Below are positions 40,631 to 50,945 of a stretch of 58,348 nt of DNA, one piece after another. Numbering within the stretch: the stretch's first letter is position 1; each line of letters begins with the position of its first letter. Source of the DNA: Sulfurimonadaceae bacterium (lineage in GTDB: Bacteria; Campylobacterota; Campylobacteria; Campylobacterales; Sulfurimonadaceae). The stretch is taken from contig JAVETY010000001.1 in NCBI GenBank assembly GCA_034005815.1, positions 1-58,348 of the forward strand, in the 5' to 3' direction. A model generated the notes under the pieces. The model worked only from the letters and a program-made list of their open reading frames with translations. It was not told where the DNA came from and did not search any database. Both the position numbers and the translations under genes were made by a program.

Positions 40631-42103
40631 ATGAAAAAAAAGATAGCTTTATCTTTATCTGCACTTATAGCAACGGGGTTAGTAGCTGCAGAAGATTTAA
40701 ACTCAATGTTACAAGAGGGGAAATTTGATGGGTATGTAAGACTCCACCATATCAATCCATCTACTTCAGATACAGTAGCAATCACTGGTAGTTTTATCGG
40801 TGGTAAACTTAAATATGAGACAGGTGCTCTGTATGGTTTAAGCCTTGGAACTGCGATGTATACATCACATGATACGGGTCTTACAAAGTGGGATTATCTC
40901 ACAAAAGATGGATATAACCAAGTAGCTGGTGGACTTGCTGGAAATAAAGAGCTACCTGCTGATGGAGGACGTTTTAATAACTATACGACTATTGGAGAAG
41001 CGTATTTAAATTATAAGTATTCTAAAACTTCTGCAAAGATAGGGCGCCAACCATTTGCATCACCTATGACTACAAGCGAAGTAACGATTATTCCAAACCT
41101 TTATGAAGCTGGGGTACTAACATTTAAAGAGGTAGATGGTCTTACTATCCAAGCGGCATATCTTGCAAGAATGATGTATGGAACACGTGCAACAACAGAA
41201 GTGCAACTCATAGGAGATGGTGTATATGGAATTGTATCGGGTGCAGGATTTGTGCACTCAAAACCAACAGAGGGTAAAGAAAGATTTTACACAATGGGTG
41301 AAGCAGCTTTTGGTGCGAATAGTGGTGGAATCAAAGACAATAAGAATGACAATGGTGTAGCGACTCTCAGTGTCGAGTATGATAAAGGTCCAATTAAGCT
41401 TCGTGTGTGGGATTACTATGCGCAAGATATGTTCAATACTGCATACGCTGATATAGATTATAAAATGGATGTAAGTGGAGCGAAACTCTTTTTTAGTGCA
41501 CAAGCATTACATCAAAAAGATATAGGAGACTTTAGTACATCGAATGCTGGAAAAATACTAAGTGCAGACCGTACAGTGACAGATATTTCAGGTAAGAAAA
41601 AACGTTACGACACGAAGCTAGCAACAAATGGTGAGATTGATGCATTTTTCTGGGGTCTCCAAGCAAAAGCGAAGATGGGTGACTTTATGCTCAACGCTGC
41701 ATTTACTCAAAATACAAAAGGACATATCATCGATCCTTGGGGTGGAAACTTTGGATACACAAGTACAATATTTTCGCGTGATGAAAATCGTGCAGAGACT
41801 GATGCGTATAAGCTAGGATTTAACTATGATTTTGGAACGCTTGGAGTCAAAGGTCTGAAATTTATCTATAACTATGGAGCATATAAAAGTGATGTAGAAA
41901 CAACTGCTACATATACGGGTGCTACTAGAAATGCAGGGATGGGCTCACACACTGAAAAATCAGACGAACACGACTTTATGTTCCGTTATGACTCGCCTGA
42001 TGTAAAAGGGTTATGGTTTACACTCTTTCACGTAGAGCGTGATAATGATACAAGAGACTATAAACAATCACATACAAGACTGGTAGCAAATCTAAATTTT
42101 TAA
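40631..42103 (+). CDS. OprD-like outer-membrane porin
   Basis: Signal peptide; GEAYLNY, KIGRQ and PWGG motifs; C-terminal Phe. Confidence 0.82.
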   Translation: MKKKIALSLSALIATGLVAAEDLNSMLQEGKFDGYVRLHHINPSTSDTVAITGSFIGGKLKYETGALYGLSLGTAMYTSHDTGLTKWDYLTKDGYNQVAGGLAGNKELPADGGRFNNYTTIGEAYLNYKYSKTSAKIGRQPFASPMTTSEVTIIPNLYEAGVLTFKEVDGLTIQAAYLARMMYGTRATTEVQLIGDGVYGIVSGAGFVHSKPTEGKERFYTMGEAAFGANSGGIKDNKNDNGVATLSVEYDKGPIKLRVWDYYAQDMFNTAYADIDYKMDVSGAKLFFSAQALHQKDIGDFSTSNAGKILSADRTVTDISGKKKRYDTKLATNGEIDAFFWGLQAKAKMGDFMLNAAFTQNTKGHIIDPWGGNFGYTSTIFSRDENRAETDAYKLGFNYDFGTLGVKGLKFIYNYGAYKSDVETTATYTGATRNAGMGSHTEKSDEHDFMFRYDSPDVKGLWFTLFHVERDNDTRDYKQSHTRLVANLNF

Positions 42104-42112
42104 GGAGAAGAG

Positions 42113-43489
42113 ATGAATCAATCAAGACGTAATATACTCAAAGCTTCGGGACTTAGTCTCGCAGCAATTGCTGTAACAGGATGTGGCGCAGCAGTAGCTG
42201 GTACGCCAGAACCAACAAAGAGTAATGCAGTTGCAACAAAAGCACTTATGCCAAAATCAACTGGTAAAAGAGTTGTAGTAGTTGGTGGTGGATGGGGTGG
42301 TCTTAGTGCTGCTAGAAAGATAAAAGAAAAAGCTCCAGAGAGTGAAGTAATCGTACTAGAAAAAAGAGATGTATTTACATCTTGCCCACTTAGCAATGAG
42401 TGGCTTGTCGATGAAATACCATTAGACTTTTTAACACGTAACTTTTTTACTTCGGCAAAAGAGTATGGATATAAATTTATCCAAACAACAGTTACAGATA
42501 TTGACCGCAACACAAGAAGTGTAGATACTACATGTGGTGCGATTGATTATGACTATCTCGTACTTGCTCCTGGTATTCGTTATGATTATACTGCATGGTT
42601 TGGTGATGATACACAAATGGCTGAGAGATGTCGCCAAGAGTGTCCTCCAGCACTTGTGAGTGGAAGCGAGCATGCAGCTTTGAAGAAAATATTAGAAGAG
42701 TTTGAAGGCGGTAACTTTGTTATCTCTGTTCCAGATGGTGCATATAGATGTCCACCAGCTCCATATGAGCGAGCGGCACTTGTGGCAAACTACTTTAGAA
42801 AAAACAATATCAATGGGAAGGTGATTATCCTCGATCCTAAAGAAAAACCAGCTCCAAAAGGGCCAGGATTTATGGCAGCCTACAAAGAGCTTTATGCTGA
42901 TATCGTAGAGTACCACCCACACTCTCTTGTAAAAGGTGTGAATTTAGATACAAAAGAGTTACGTGTAGATGTAACAGATAAAGATCTCAATACAAAAACT
43001 ATCACAATGAAGTTTGATGCTGCAAACCTAATCCCAACCAATGCTGCTTCAGAACTTATCGCAAAAGCGGGAGTTTCTATGGGTAAAGCAGGTTGGGGAC
43101 AAATGAAAGCTCCAACGTTTCAAACACTTAAAGACGAGCGCGTGTTTGTTATAGGTGACTCTGTTGGCGGATATCCATATCCAAAAAGTGGCTCTATCGC
43201 AAATGGTCAAGGTCATATAGTGGCTGATCAAATTGCAAATATCATCAAAGGGCACAAAGCATTAACAGATGTAGCACTTCCTGTAAATACATGTTATTCG
43301 ATGCTTAATGATACGGAAGGGATTTCAGTTTCTGCTACATTCTCCCTAGTAGATGACAAGGATGCAAAAGGCAATCCTATCAAAAAAATAAAAGGAGATA
43401 TGAAAGCTAACAATCAACGTTCAACTGCTCTAGGCAAAGGAACACACAACTGGTACCAAGGTATGATGACGGATATCTTCGGTTCATAA
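42113..43489 (+). CDS. fccB: Flavocytochrome c sulfide dehydrogenase flavoprotein (FccB/SoxF-like), Tat lipoprotein
   Basis: SRRNILK Tat motif, lipobox AVTGC, VVGGGWGG, SCPLSN, YRCPPAPYERA, PKSG and NTCYS. Confidence 0.9.
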   Translation: MNQSRRNILKASGLSLAAIAVTGCGAAVAGTPEPTKSNAVATKALMPKSTGKRVVVVGGGWGGLSAARKIKEKAPESEVIVLEKRDVFTSCPLSNEWLVDEIPLDFLTRNFFTSAKEYGYKFIQTTVTDIDRNTRSVDTTCGAIDYDYLVLAPGIRYDYTAWFGDDTQMAERCRQECPPALVSGSEHAALKKILEEFEGGNFVISVPDGAYRCPPAPYERAALVANYFRKNNINGKVIILDPKEKPAPKGPGFMAAYKELYADIVEYHPHSLVKGVNLDTKELRVDVTDKDLNTKTITMKFDAANLIPTNAASELIAKAGVSMGKAGWGQMKAPTFQTLKDERVFVIGDSVGGYPYPKSGSIANGQGHIVADQIANIIKGHKALTDVALPVNTCYSMLNDTEGISVSATFSLVDDKDAKGNPIKKIKGDMKANNQRSTALGKGTHNWYQGMMTDIFGS

Positions 43490-43535
43490 GCCTTCAACAA
43501 AATTTTTCAATTCGATTCCCCAGATTTTATTTAAC

Positions 43536-43561
43536 AACAAGAGGCATTACGTCCTCTTGTT
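43536..43561 (+). terminator. Terminator-like hairpin after fccB
   Basis: AACAAGAGG/CCTCTTGTT stem. Confidence 0.65.
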
Positions 43562-43606
43562 CTCCTGAATTTATCACTATTTCGCACCGTTTCGCTACAA
43601 TATCGC

Positions 43607-46405
43607 ATGGCAAAGAAAAATAAAAAAATAACAAAAATCAATGAAAAAATTAGACTTTATTTCGATGGTGATCCTTTTGATGTGGGGATTGAAAATCTAA
43701 GTTCACAAAAGCTAAGTGAGATGATGCATTCTCTTGGCATTATGGATATAGAACACAATAAAAAAGCACTTGTAAAACTACTTCGTCAACTCTGGTCGGA
43801 TGGTGATATAGACCAACGACAAGATATTTTAAATTTTTTGAAAAATGATGGAATGGTTTATAAATCAAACATCTCAAAAGAAGTAAATATTGATAAAGAG
43901 CAAAAGATAGATGAACTTTTAGAGGAGCTCGGAGCAACGAGGCATGAGAGTACACTCATCCACGAAGCATTTTCTGATGTGCGTGCAAAAAAAATAACGA
44001 TAGAAAAAATAGAATCGAAACTTGCACACATAAGGTTTCAAGCGAAAAAGATAGAACTTGAAAAACTGCTGAGTGGCGCATTTGATTTAGATGATAGTTT
44101 TGAGTTTAACGCATCTTTTCATTACACACTTTATGGGGAAATATTTCATAAGATATTAACTCTTAGTACAAAACCGTATAGCTATGAGTTTTTACAAACC
44201 ACGTCTATAGAAGAATTAAAAATACGTTTAGAAGATGACATGCTAGTAGAGATTGCACAAAAGCAAAAAAACATAGAACTCTTTATACAAACACTCCAAG
44301 ATCCACATCCACATCTTTCTCACAAAGAGATTATCCACGCATTGCGCTCTGCACCACCAAAAGCAAAATATAAATACCCTTTTCTAAGACCAACTCTCAT
44401 AGAAATAATCATCGCAAAAGAGCTTCAAATCAATAAGCTAGAATTACACGAACAAGAGCTTTTAATTTCACTCGATGATACGATAATTTTGCCTTATTCT
44501 GATATGAAATTTGATTATGAGCTAGAGTTACATCTAGAGCTTAATGCACTTTTAGAAGAGATTTGGAAAGGGGAAGCGCTTGATTTTAAAGGGGTACTCG
44601 AAGCTGGTAAAAAAGAGCATAGAGATGTTTTCTTAACAGATTTAGATGCTCTTGTTTCACAATGTGGTGAGTATGCAACTTTGCTTCATTTTACAACACA
44701 AGAACTTTATGCAAGAGTGTATGAGATTTTACTCGAATTCTTACCCCAAAATCTTCATATCAGCTCAAAAACTTCAGGGAAAGTTTTAAAAATCTTTATA
44801 GATACTGTCCATGAAAAGCTGATTAAAAAACAAAGAGAAACACTTTTAGCGCGTACTATCCGTGATTTTAAAAACCTCTTTCCACTTGCACGTAATTTAA
44901 GACGTAAACTAATTCTGCATATAGGACCAACCAATAGTGGAAAAACCTACCAAGCGATGCAAAAACTTCAAAATGCAGATACAGGTTACTACCTTGCACC
45001 TTTGCGTCTTCTGGCATTAGAGGGGTTTGAGACGATGCGTGAAAATGGTGTTGGTGTATCCCTTATCACAGGAGAAGAACAGATACTTGATGAGGATGCA
45101 ACACATATAAGCTCTACGATAGAGATGCTTAGTTTTGATGTGGATGTGGATGTGTGTGTTATTGATGAGGTGCAGATGATTGATGACAGAGACCGTGGTT
45201 GGGCTTGGGCTAATGCCATCATCGGAGCACCCGCAAAAGAGGTGATTATGACAGGCTCATCCAATGCCAAGGGTGCAATTATAGCTTTAGCTGAGTATTT
45301 AGGTGAAGAGCTTGAAATTATAGAGTTTGAGCGCATGAATCCACTGCATCTTTTAGAACACCACACAAATCCAAAAGATGTAGAAGCGGCAACTGCTATC
45401 ATTGCTTTTAGTCGTAAGGATGTTCTACGTCTTAAACAAAACTTTTCGCAATTTTTTGATGTAAGTGTAGTATATGGAAACCTCTCTCCAGAAGTACGCC
45501 GTGAAGAAGCGCGCCGTTTTCGAGCAAAAGAAACGCAGATACTTATAGCCACCGACGCGATTGCGATGGGGATGAACCTACCTATAAAAACGATTTTATT
45601 TTCCAAAGCAGATAAGTTTGATGGAATTACTCAAAGAAATCTTTTCCCAACAGAGGTGCATCAAATAGCAGGGCGAGCAGGGCGTTATGGGCTTAATGAA
45701 GAGGGATTTGTAGGAGCTCTAAGTAGTGAAGTACTAAGCATAGTCAAAAAGGTTTACACAAAAGAAGACCGCATCATCGAGACACCTTTTAAGGTGATGG
45801 CAAATCTAGAACATATCAAACTTGTAAACTCTATTTTGGAAGAGAAATCACTCTATCTTATCCTCAAATTTTTTGTTGAAAATATGGAGTTTAGTGGGCC
45901 ATTTCGTGCAACAAACCTTGATGATATGCAAGAAGCTGCGCAAATTGTGGATAACTACGATATTGATATCGCGATGAAATACCATCTTGCATGTGCACCG
46001 CTCACACTTAAATCTCCTTATATTATAGGAGCGTTTGAGAGCTATATTGCAGCATTAGAGAAAAAAGAGTTAGTTCCATTTATGCCTGTGATGCTCAGTT
46101 CAGAGTATGCACATACCGCAGATGAGCTTTTGCGTGCAGAGGATATGGTTAAAGAGATATCACTTTATTTGTGGTTGAGCTATAGATTTAAAGAGTATTT
46201 TTTAGATGCAGAGCGAGCAAGAGAACATAGAGGAGTCTTAAATAAGTTTATAGAAAGCTCTTTACAACAAAGTCATTTCGTACCACGTTGTCGTATTTGT
46301 GAGGCTACACTTCCACTTAATTCTAAATATGCTATTTGTCAAAATTGTTTTAAAAAGAATTATACAGGGAAACAAGCAAGAACACCTAGGATACAAAGGG
46401 GATAA
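43607..46405 (+). CDS. SUV3-family RNA helicase
   Basis: HIGPTNSGKT, PLRLLA, IDEVQM, ATDAIAMGMN, QIAGRAGRYG and YLWLSYRF motifs. Confidence 0.93.
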   Translation: MAKKNKKITKINEKIRLYFDGDPFDVGIENLSSQKLSEMMHSLGIMDIEHNKKALVKLLRQLWSDGDIDQRQDILNFLKNDGMVYKSNISKEVNIDKEQKIDELLEELGATRHESTLIHEAFSDVRAKKITIEKIESKLAHIRFQAKKIELEKLLSGAFDLDDSFEFNASFHYTLYGEIFHKILTLSTKPYSYEFLQTTSIEELKIRLEDDMLVEIAQKQKNIELFIQTLQDPHPHLSHKEIIHALRSAPPKAKYKYPFLRPTLIEIIIAKELQINKLELHEQELLISLDDTIILPYSDMKFDYELELHLELNALLEEIWKGEALDFKGVLEAGKKEHRDVFLTDLDALVSQCGEYATLLHFTTQELYARVYEILLEFLPQNLHISSKTSGKVLKIFIDTVHEKLIKKQRETLLARTIRDFKNLFPLARNLRRKLILHIGPTNSGKTYQAMQKLQNADTGYYLAPLRLLALEGFETMRENGVGVSLITGEEQILDEDATHISSTIEMLSFDVDVDVCVIDEVQMIDDRDRGWAWANAIIGAPAKEVIMTGSSNAKGAIIALAEYLGEELEIIEFERMNPLHLLEHHTNPKDVEAATAIIAFSRKDVLRLKQNFSQFFDVSVVYGNLSPEVRREEARRFRAKETQILIATDAIAMGMNLPIKTILFSKADKFDGITQRNLFPTEVHQIAGRAGRYGLNEEGFVGALSSEVLSIVKKVYTKEDRIIETPFKVMANLEHIKLVNSILEEKSLYLILKFFVENMEFSGPFRATNLDDMQEAAQIVDNYDIDIAMKYHLACAPLTLKSPYIIGAFESYIAALEKKELVPFMPVMLSSEYAHTADELLRAEDMVKEISLYLWLSYRFKEYFLDAERAREHRGVLNKFIESSLQQSHFVPRCRICEATLPLNSKYAICQNCFKKNYTGKQARTPRIQRG

Positions 46406-46427
46406 ACCCTTTGATACTTTAAGCTTT

Positions 46428-48017
46428 TTAGCTTTTAAACTCTTCAATCGTCGCTTGAAGTGAAGATGCAACTTGGACTAATTGTTTGAGGTCATCTTCT
46501 ATATTTTCTACGCTGATTCCATTTTCATTGGAGAGCTCTTCGATAGTTTTTATATCTTTGATAATGCTTTGAAGTTGTTTTGACATCTCTTCATTATCCT
46601 CACGTGATTGGTTTGCTATCGTAGAAGTTGATTCTATCGCCTCTGTAGTGGAGATGATTTTAATCTCTACTTCATGCGAAACTGCAGTGAGGTTTACTAT
46701 ATTTTTTGCATTTTCACTCATTTTATCACTTACATCGTTGATAGATTGTACGATTGTGCTTACGCTTATATCTATCTCTGTTAGGCTTTTTTGTGTGCGT
46801 TCCGCTAGTTTTCTTACTTCATCAGCAACTACCGCAAATCCACGCCCTTGCTCACCTGCGCGCGCTGCTTCGATGGCAGCATTGAGTGCGAGAAGATTTG
46901 TTTGGTCTGCTATATCTTTGATGATATCTAAAACATGTTTGACTTGGTCTGCATCACCTCTAAGTTCTAGAAGACGGTGGGAAAGTTCATTTTCTGTTTC
47001 TACAAACTTATCAACTTCATCACTCAAAGTAGCAAGAGTTGTACGTGCATTTGCAAGTTCTTTATTGGCATGTTGTGCTTTTTCTTGTGTTTGTTGTGTA
47101 GTTTCAATACTTTGCGCTAAAAGATGTACTATCGATGCACTTTTATCTGTCGTAGCAGAAACTATTGTTTTTTCTTGCTGTGTGCCTTTACGGATTGTAT
47201 GGCTTGAACGCTCAATCTCCACTGCGATTTTAGAGTTTTGTATCCCTAACTCTTTTATATCATTGACTGTGGTTTGTATCATCTCGATAAAAAGGTTCAT
47301 CTCTTTTGCGGTTGCGCCAAACTCATTTTTGCTTGTAGCATTAAGGCGTTTTGTAAGGTCTTTATCACCACTTACAAGGTCTGCTACACGCGTTTTAAGA
47401 GTAAGGAGTGGGGTGAAAATTTGTGCGTTAAAAAACACAGTTGCTGCAAAGGTAAAAATCAGTGAAAATAGAAGAAGCGTTGCAACAAGTTTAAATTCTG
47501 TTGCTGCTATTTTTTTATCATTTTCATTGAGAGAGATCGTTAAATCAACTGCACCGAGGACATTTCCTGCTGATGCATTGTAATGACATGCCAAACATCT
47601 ATCTTCTGCGATAACTGGTTTTATCATTCGTATAGTGTGGTCTACTTTATCTTTGTTTTCAATAACTTTTGCAGTTTTATTGAGAAGTACATCACGGATC
47701 AAAGGATCGCTTGTAAAGCTTTCATTTGGAGTGAAAACTTCGATGACCTCTTTTGATTTTGCGATTTCTAGATGAGCGATACCATCGATTGCTTTTGCTT
47801 GTTGGTATGCAAATGTAATAGCATCTGGATCTCCAAGCATCATGCTTGTAGTCATAGTTTGAAAGATAGATTCACTCAGCATTTTAAGCGATTGTTGTGT
47901 TGCGTCATTAGAAAGGTCTTTAAGAGTTGTTGAGAGGTGTAGTGTCATACCTATAAGAGTAAAAGCACTCACAGCTATTACTGCCGATATAACTTTTGAT
48001 TTGACCGTCGTAAACAT
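46428..48017 (-). CDS. Methyl-accepting chemotaxis protein with periplasmic CxxCH
   Basis: [37 protein letters not shown]; CLACH between the TMs. Confidence 0.95.
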   Translation of the reverse strand: MFTTVKSKVISAVIAVSAFTLIGMTLHLSTTLKDLSNDATQQSLKMLSESIFQTMTTSMMLGDPDAITFAYQQAKAIDGIAHLEIAKSKEVIEVFTPNESFTSDPLIRDVLLNKTAKVIENKDKVDHTIRMIKPVIAEDRCLACHYNASAGNVLGAVDLTISLNENDKKIAATEFKLVATLLLFSLIFTFAATVFFNAQIFTPLLTLKTRVADLVSGDKDLTKRLNATSKNEFGATAKEMNLFIEMIQTTVNDIKELGIQNSKIAVEIERSSHTIRKGTQQEKTIVSATTDKSASIVHLLAQSIETTQQTQEKAQHANKELANARTTLATLSDEVDKFVETENELSHRLLELRGDADQVKHVLDIIKDIADQTNLLALNAAIEAARAGEQGRGFAVVADEVRKLAERTQKSLTEIDISVSTIVQSINDVSDKMSENAKNIVNLTAVSHEVEIKIISTTEAIESTSTIANQSREDNEEMSKQLQSIIKDIKTIEELSNENGISVENIEDDLKQLVQVASSLQATIEEFKS

Positions 48018-48177
48018 TAGTGACTCCCAAGAAATAAATTTTTAAAATAGACTACATTGTACCCCAAAAGTGTTGCAATGAAAATATATTAGAGGATTGT
48101 TCTTAAACAATTTTGTTAAGTGTGAAGATTTATAGAAATTTTAAACATTTAAAAATATTTAGTTATGTCATCTCATA

Positions 48178-49569
48178 TTAGTTTGAATATTTGATATGAT
48201 CGAGGAGCATGCCCATATCAAGATGCTCTTCAACATGCGCTGTAAACTCTCTAATAGCATTTTGTTTATACTCTTTAAAAACATACCCCTTATATTCGGG
48301 ATGTAGTGCATGAAAGAGTTCATATCGAAAGAGGTCATTTTCAAAAAAGCCATGTAAGAAAGTACCATAAAAGTTCTTTCCTTTTTTAGCTCGTTTTTTT
48401 GAAACACCATTGTGTATTTCATACCCATCAACCATTGCATCTAAAAGGCGGTAAGTCCCTTTGGTGACAATTTTTTCTTTCTCAAACACGACGTCGCCTT
48501 TGACACGACCGAACCCTTCAGTTTTTACGACAGAAGACTCCACATGCCATGGATCAAGTATATGCTCGTGCATCATCTCGTACCCACCACAAATAGCGAG
48601 AATATACTTCTCTTTAGAAAGCAAGATAGGCTCAAATCCACGCTCTTTGAGCCATGCTAAATCATCTACAACCCGCTTGCTTCCTGGAACTATCACGACG
48701 TCACAGCTTTGTGCTTCGCTAGGATGGGTGATAAAACTCACTTCTAATTCTTCATCTGCGATAAGAGGTTCAAAGTCGTTAAAATTGCTAATATGGGGAA
48801 GTTTGATAACACCTACCCGTAAAAGTGCTTTGGAGAGATTTTGTGTGTAATTTGCAAGTGACTGGATATCTTCAAAGCCTAAGTTAAATGGTTTATAGGG
48901 GATTACTCCGAGCACTTTGAGCCCAAAACGCTCTTCGATAATCGCTACTCCATCATCAAAAAGACTTATATCTCCGCGAAATTTATTGATAATCACACCA
49001 ATAACATTTTTCTTTAGTTTTTTTGGCAAGAGCGCGTACACACCAAAGATAGAAGCAAAAACCCCGCCACGCTCTATATCTGCAACTAAAATAATCTTTG
49101 TATTAAATTCTTGTGCTACATAAATATTTGAGAGATCTTTCTCCATAATATTAAGCTCTACAGGACTTCCTGCACCTTCAGCGATGATACAGTCATATTT
49201 TTTTTGTAGTTTTTTGAATGATTTTTTCACATAAGGTTTGAGTAAATCTATATCGTCGTAGTACTGTTGGAGCTCTTTTTCCCCTACATCTTTACCATTT
49301 ACTATAAGGTGTGCAGCATTTTTATGACCTGATTTTATAAGAATAGGATTCATATGTATGCTTGTTTTTATCCCTATAGCTTCAGCCGCAAAATGTTGCG
49401 CGATAGCTATTTCACCAAAATCATCCGCTACAGCAGAATTATTGGAGATATTTTGAGCTTTAAAGGGTGCGACACGAATGCCGTGCTGATGGACTAAGTA
49501 GGTAAGAGCAAAGGCAAGAGTCGATTTACCAGCATCGCTGCCAGTTCCAAAAATGCTAAGGGAATTCAT
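48178..49569 (-). CDS. cobQ: Cobyric acid synthase
   Basis: GTGSDAGKS, PFKAQN, EGAGSP, DIERGG, ISNFND, ICGGY and GYEIH motifs. Confidence 0.95.
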   Translation of the reverse strand: MNSLSIFGTGSDAGKSTLAFALTYLVHQHGIRVAPFKAQNISNNSAVADDFGEIAIAQHFAAEAIGIKTSIHMNPILIKSGHKNAAHLIVNGKDVGEKELQQYYDDIDLLKPYVKKSFKKLQKKYDCIIAEGAGSPVELNIMEKDLSNIYVAQEFNTKIILVADIERGGVFASIFGVYALLPKKLKKNVIGVIINKFRGDISLFDDGVAIIEERFGLKVLGVIPYKPFNLGFEDIQSLANYTQNLSKALLRVGVIKLPHISNFNDFEPLIADEELEVSFITHPSEAQSCDVVIVPGSKRVVDDLAWLKERGFEPILLSKEKYILAICGGYEMMHEHILDPWHVESSVVKTEGFGRVKGDVVFEKEKIVTKGTYRLLDAMVDGYEIHNGVSKKRAKKGKNFYGTFLHGFFENDLFRYELFHALHPEYKGYVFKEYKQNAIREFTAHVEEHLDMGMLLDHIKYSN

Positions 49570-49699
49570 AGGTCCAATTGTACACATTACAAATATAATT
49601 TATGTTGAATTGAAATATAATTAAATTTCATAAGTTTTTTCTATTATATTAAGTATATTTTTGTTAAAGTAATCAACTTTTATTTTTACAGGGGGAAAT

Positions 49700-50215
49700 A
49701 TGAGATTTTTTTTATCGTTTGTAGCTCTTTTAGTCATGGTATCTGGGCTTATGGCAAATGGATCTGATGAAGGCGTCCAAGCGCACAAGGAACACGATTT
49801 TACAGAAATAGCATCGAATTATGACAAAGCATGTCAAGAGAACGATTATAAGGGATGTACGGAGTTAGGATTTATCTACTTTTCTGGATTTGGATTAAAA
49901 AAAGATTCAAATAAAGCATTTGGGCTTTTAGAAAAAGCGTGCAATGGAGGAAATGTTATAGGATGCCGTGGTTTAGCTAGGATGTATGATTTAGGTGAGG
50001 GAACAAAGAAAAATAGTCAAAAAGCGATAGAACTCTACACAAAAGCGTGTCAATCTGGTGACACTATAGGGTGTATGAATCTAGGTATCATCTATGAATA
50101 TGGGGAAAACGTACAACAAGATACAGAAAAAGCCAAAGAGTATTACTCAAAAGCATGCGATAATGGGGATAAACAAGGATGTGAGCTTTTAGCCGAACTT
50201 ACAGGCAACAGATGA
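49700..50215 (+). CDS. Secreted Sel1-repeat (Hcp-like cysteine-rich) protein
   Basis: Signal peptide; repeated KAC..G...GC..LG..Y..G. Confidence 0.9.
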   Translation: MRFFLSFVALLVMVSGLMANGSDEGVQAHKEHDFTEIASNYDKACQENDYKGCTELGFIYFSGFGLKKDSNKAFGLLEKACNGGNVIGCRGLARMYDLGEGTKKNSQKAIELYTKACQSGDTIGCMNLGIIYEYGENVQQDTEKAKEYYSKACDNGDKQGCELLAELTGNR

Positions 50216-50508
50216 GAATATTTGTAATCGTTGCATTAGCTATGATGGCAATGTTTTTGAATGCAGATGATTTTGAAGTAGGAAAAAAAGCGTACCAAAC
50301 GAGTGATTACGCAAAAGCCAAAAACCTTTTTGAAGTGACATGCCATCAAAACAACAATCCACAAGCATGTGCGATTTTGGCAGTGATGTATGTCAATGGT
50401 CAAGGGGTTAAAAAAGATATTAATAAAGCAAAAGAGCTGTATAAAAAGTCGTGTGATAATAACTTTGAGCTAGGATGCCAAGGATACAATGAGCTGAGTA
50501 GAAACTAA
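50212..50508 (+). CDS. Short secreted Sel1-repeat protein
   Basis: Signal peptide; ACAILAVMYVNGQGV and KKSCD...GC. Confidence 0.85.
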   Translation: MRIFVIVALAMMAMFLNADDFEVGKKAYQTSDYAKAKNLFEVTCHQNNNPQACAILAVMYVNGQGVKKDINKAKELYKKSCDNNFELGCQGYNELSRN

Positions 50509-50945
50509 TCTTTCTTTGTACTGCTAAAACACTTTTGCATTATTAGTTTCCAATCTAAATCAAAATATTTACTTACAAATGCTTTCGTGTGTGGAACGCT
50601 ACATTTTGCGCAGTCTTGATGGATGGCATCACCATAGACTCCAGCCACTCCATCTTTTGCTTCAATCGCGCAAAAACTATACTTCGTTTTGCCATCCACT
50701 ATTTCTAAGCCAGTATCATCAAAACGAAAGTGCGGACAAGCACAAAGATAACAGTTGAGATATTGTCTGTCATGGCACTTTTTATTTTCTGCGTAGAGTG
50801 GACAAAAATCATTTTCATGCTCCACCATATTTTCAAATACAAAGTACTCTATAATCTCCTCTTTATCCATCCCACTCGCTAGAAGTTTCTCTACGATATT
50901 TCTATGCTTTATGGCATGTGAAGCGATCCAAGAGGCATAACTCAT
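50505..50945 (-). CDS. Cysteine-rich small-domain (zf-like) protein
   Basis: CPLY..KCH...NCYLCACP...C...DCAKC.VPH. Confidence 0.7.
   Translation of the reverse strand: MSYASWIASHAIKHRNIVEKLLASGMDKEEIIEYFVFENMVEHENDFCPLYAENKKCHDRQYLNCYLCACPHFRFDDTGLEIVDGKTKYSFCAIEAKDGVAGVYGDAIHQDCAKCSVPHTKAFVSKYFDLDWKLIMQKCFSSTKKD

Noticed and set aside
44989-45606. 205-aa - strand ORF, and the other short ORFs nested in long genes
   Set aside because: Antisense or alternate-frame shadows of well-supported genes
46648-47583. 311-aa + strand ORF
   Set aside because: Antisense shadow of the MCP gene with a Ser/Val-biased composition and no motifs
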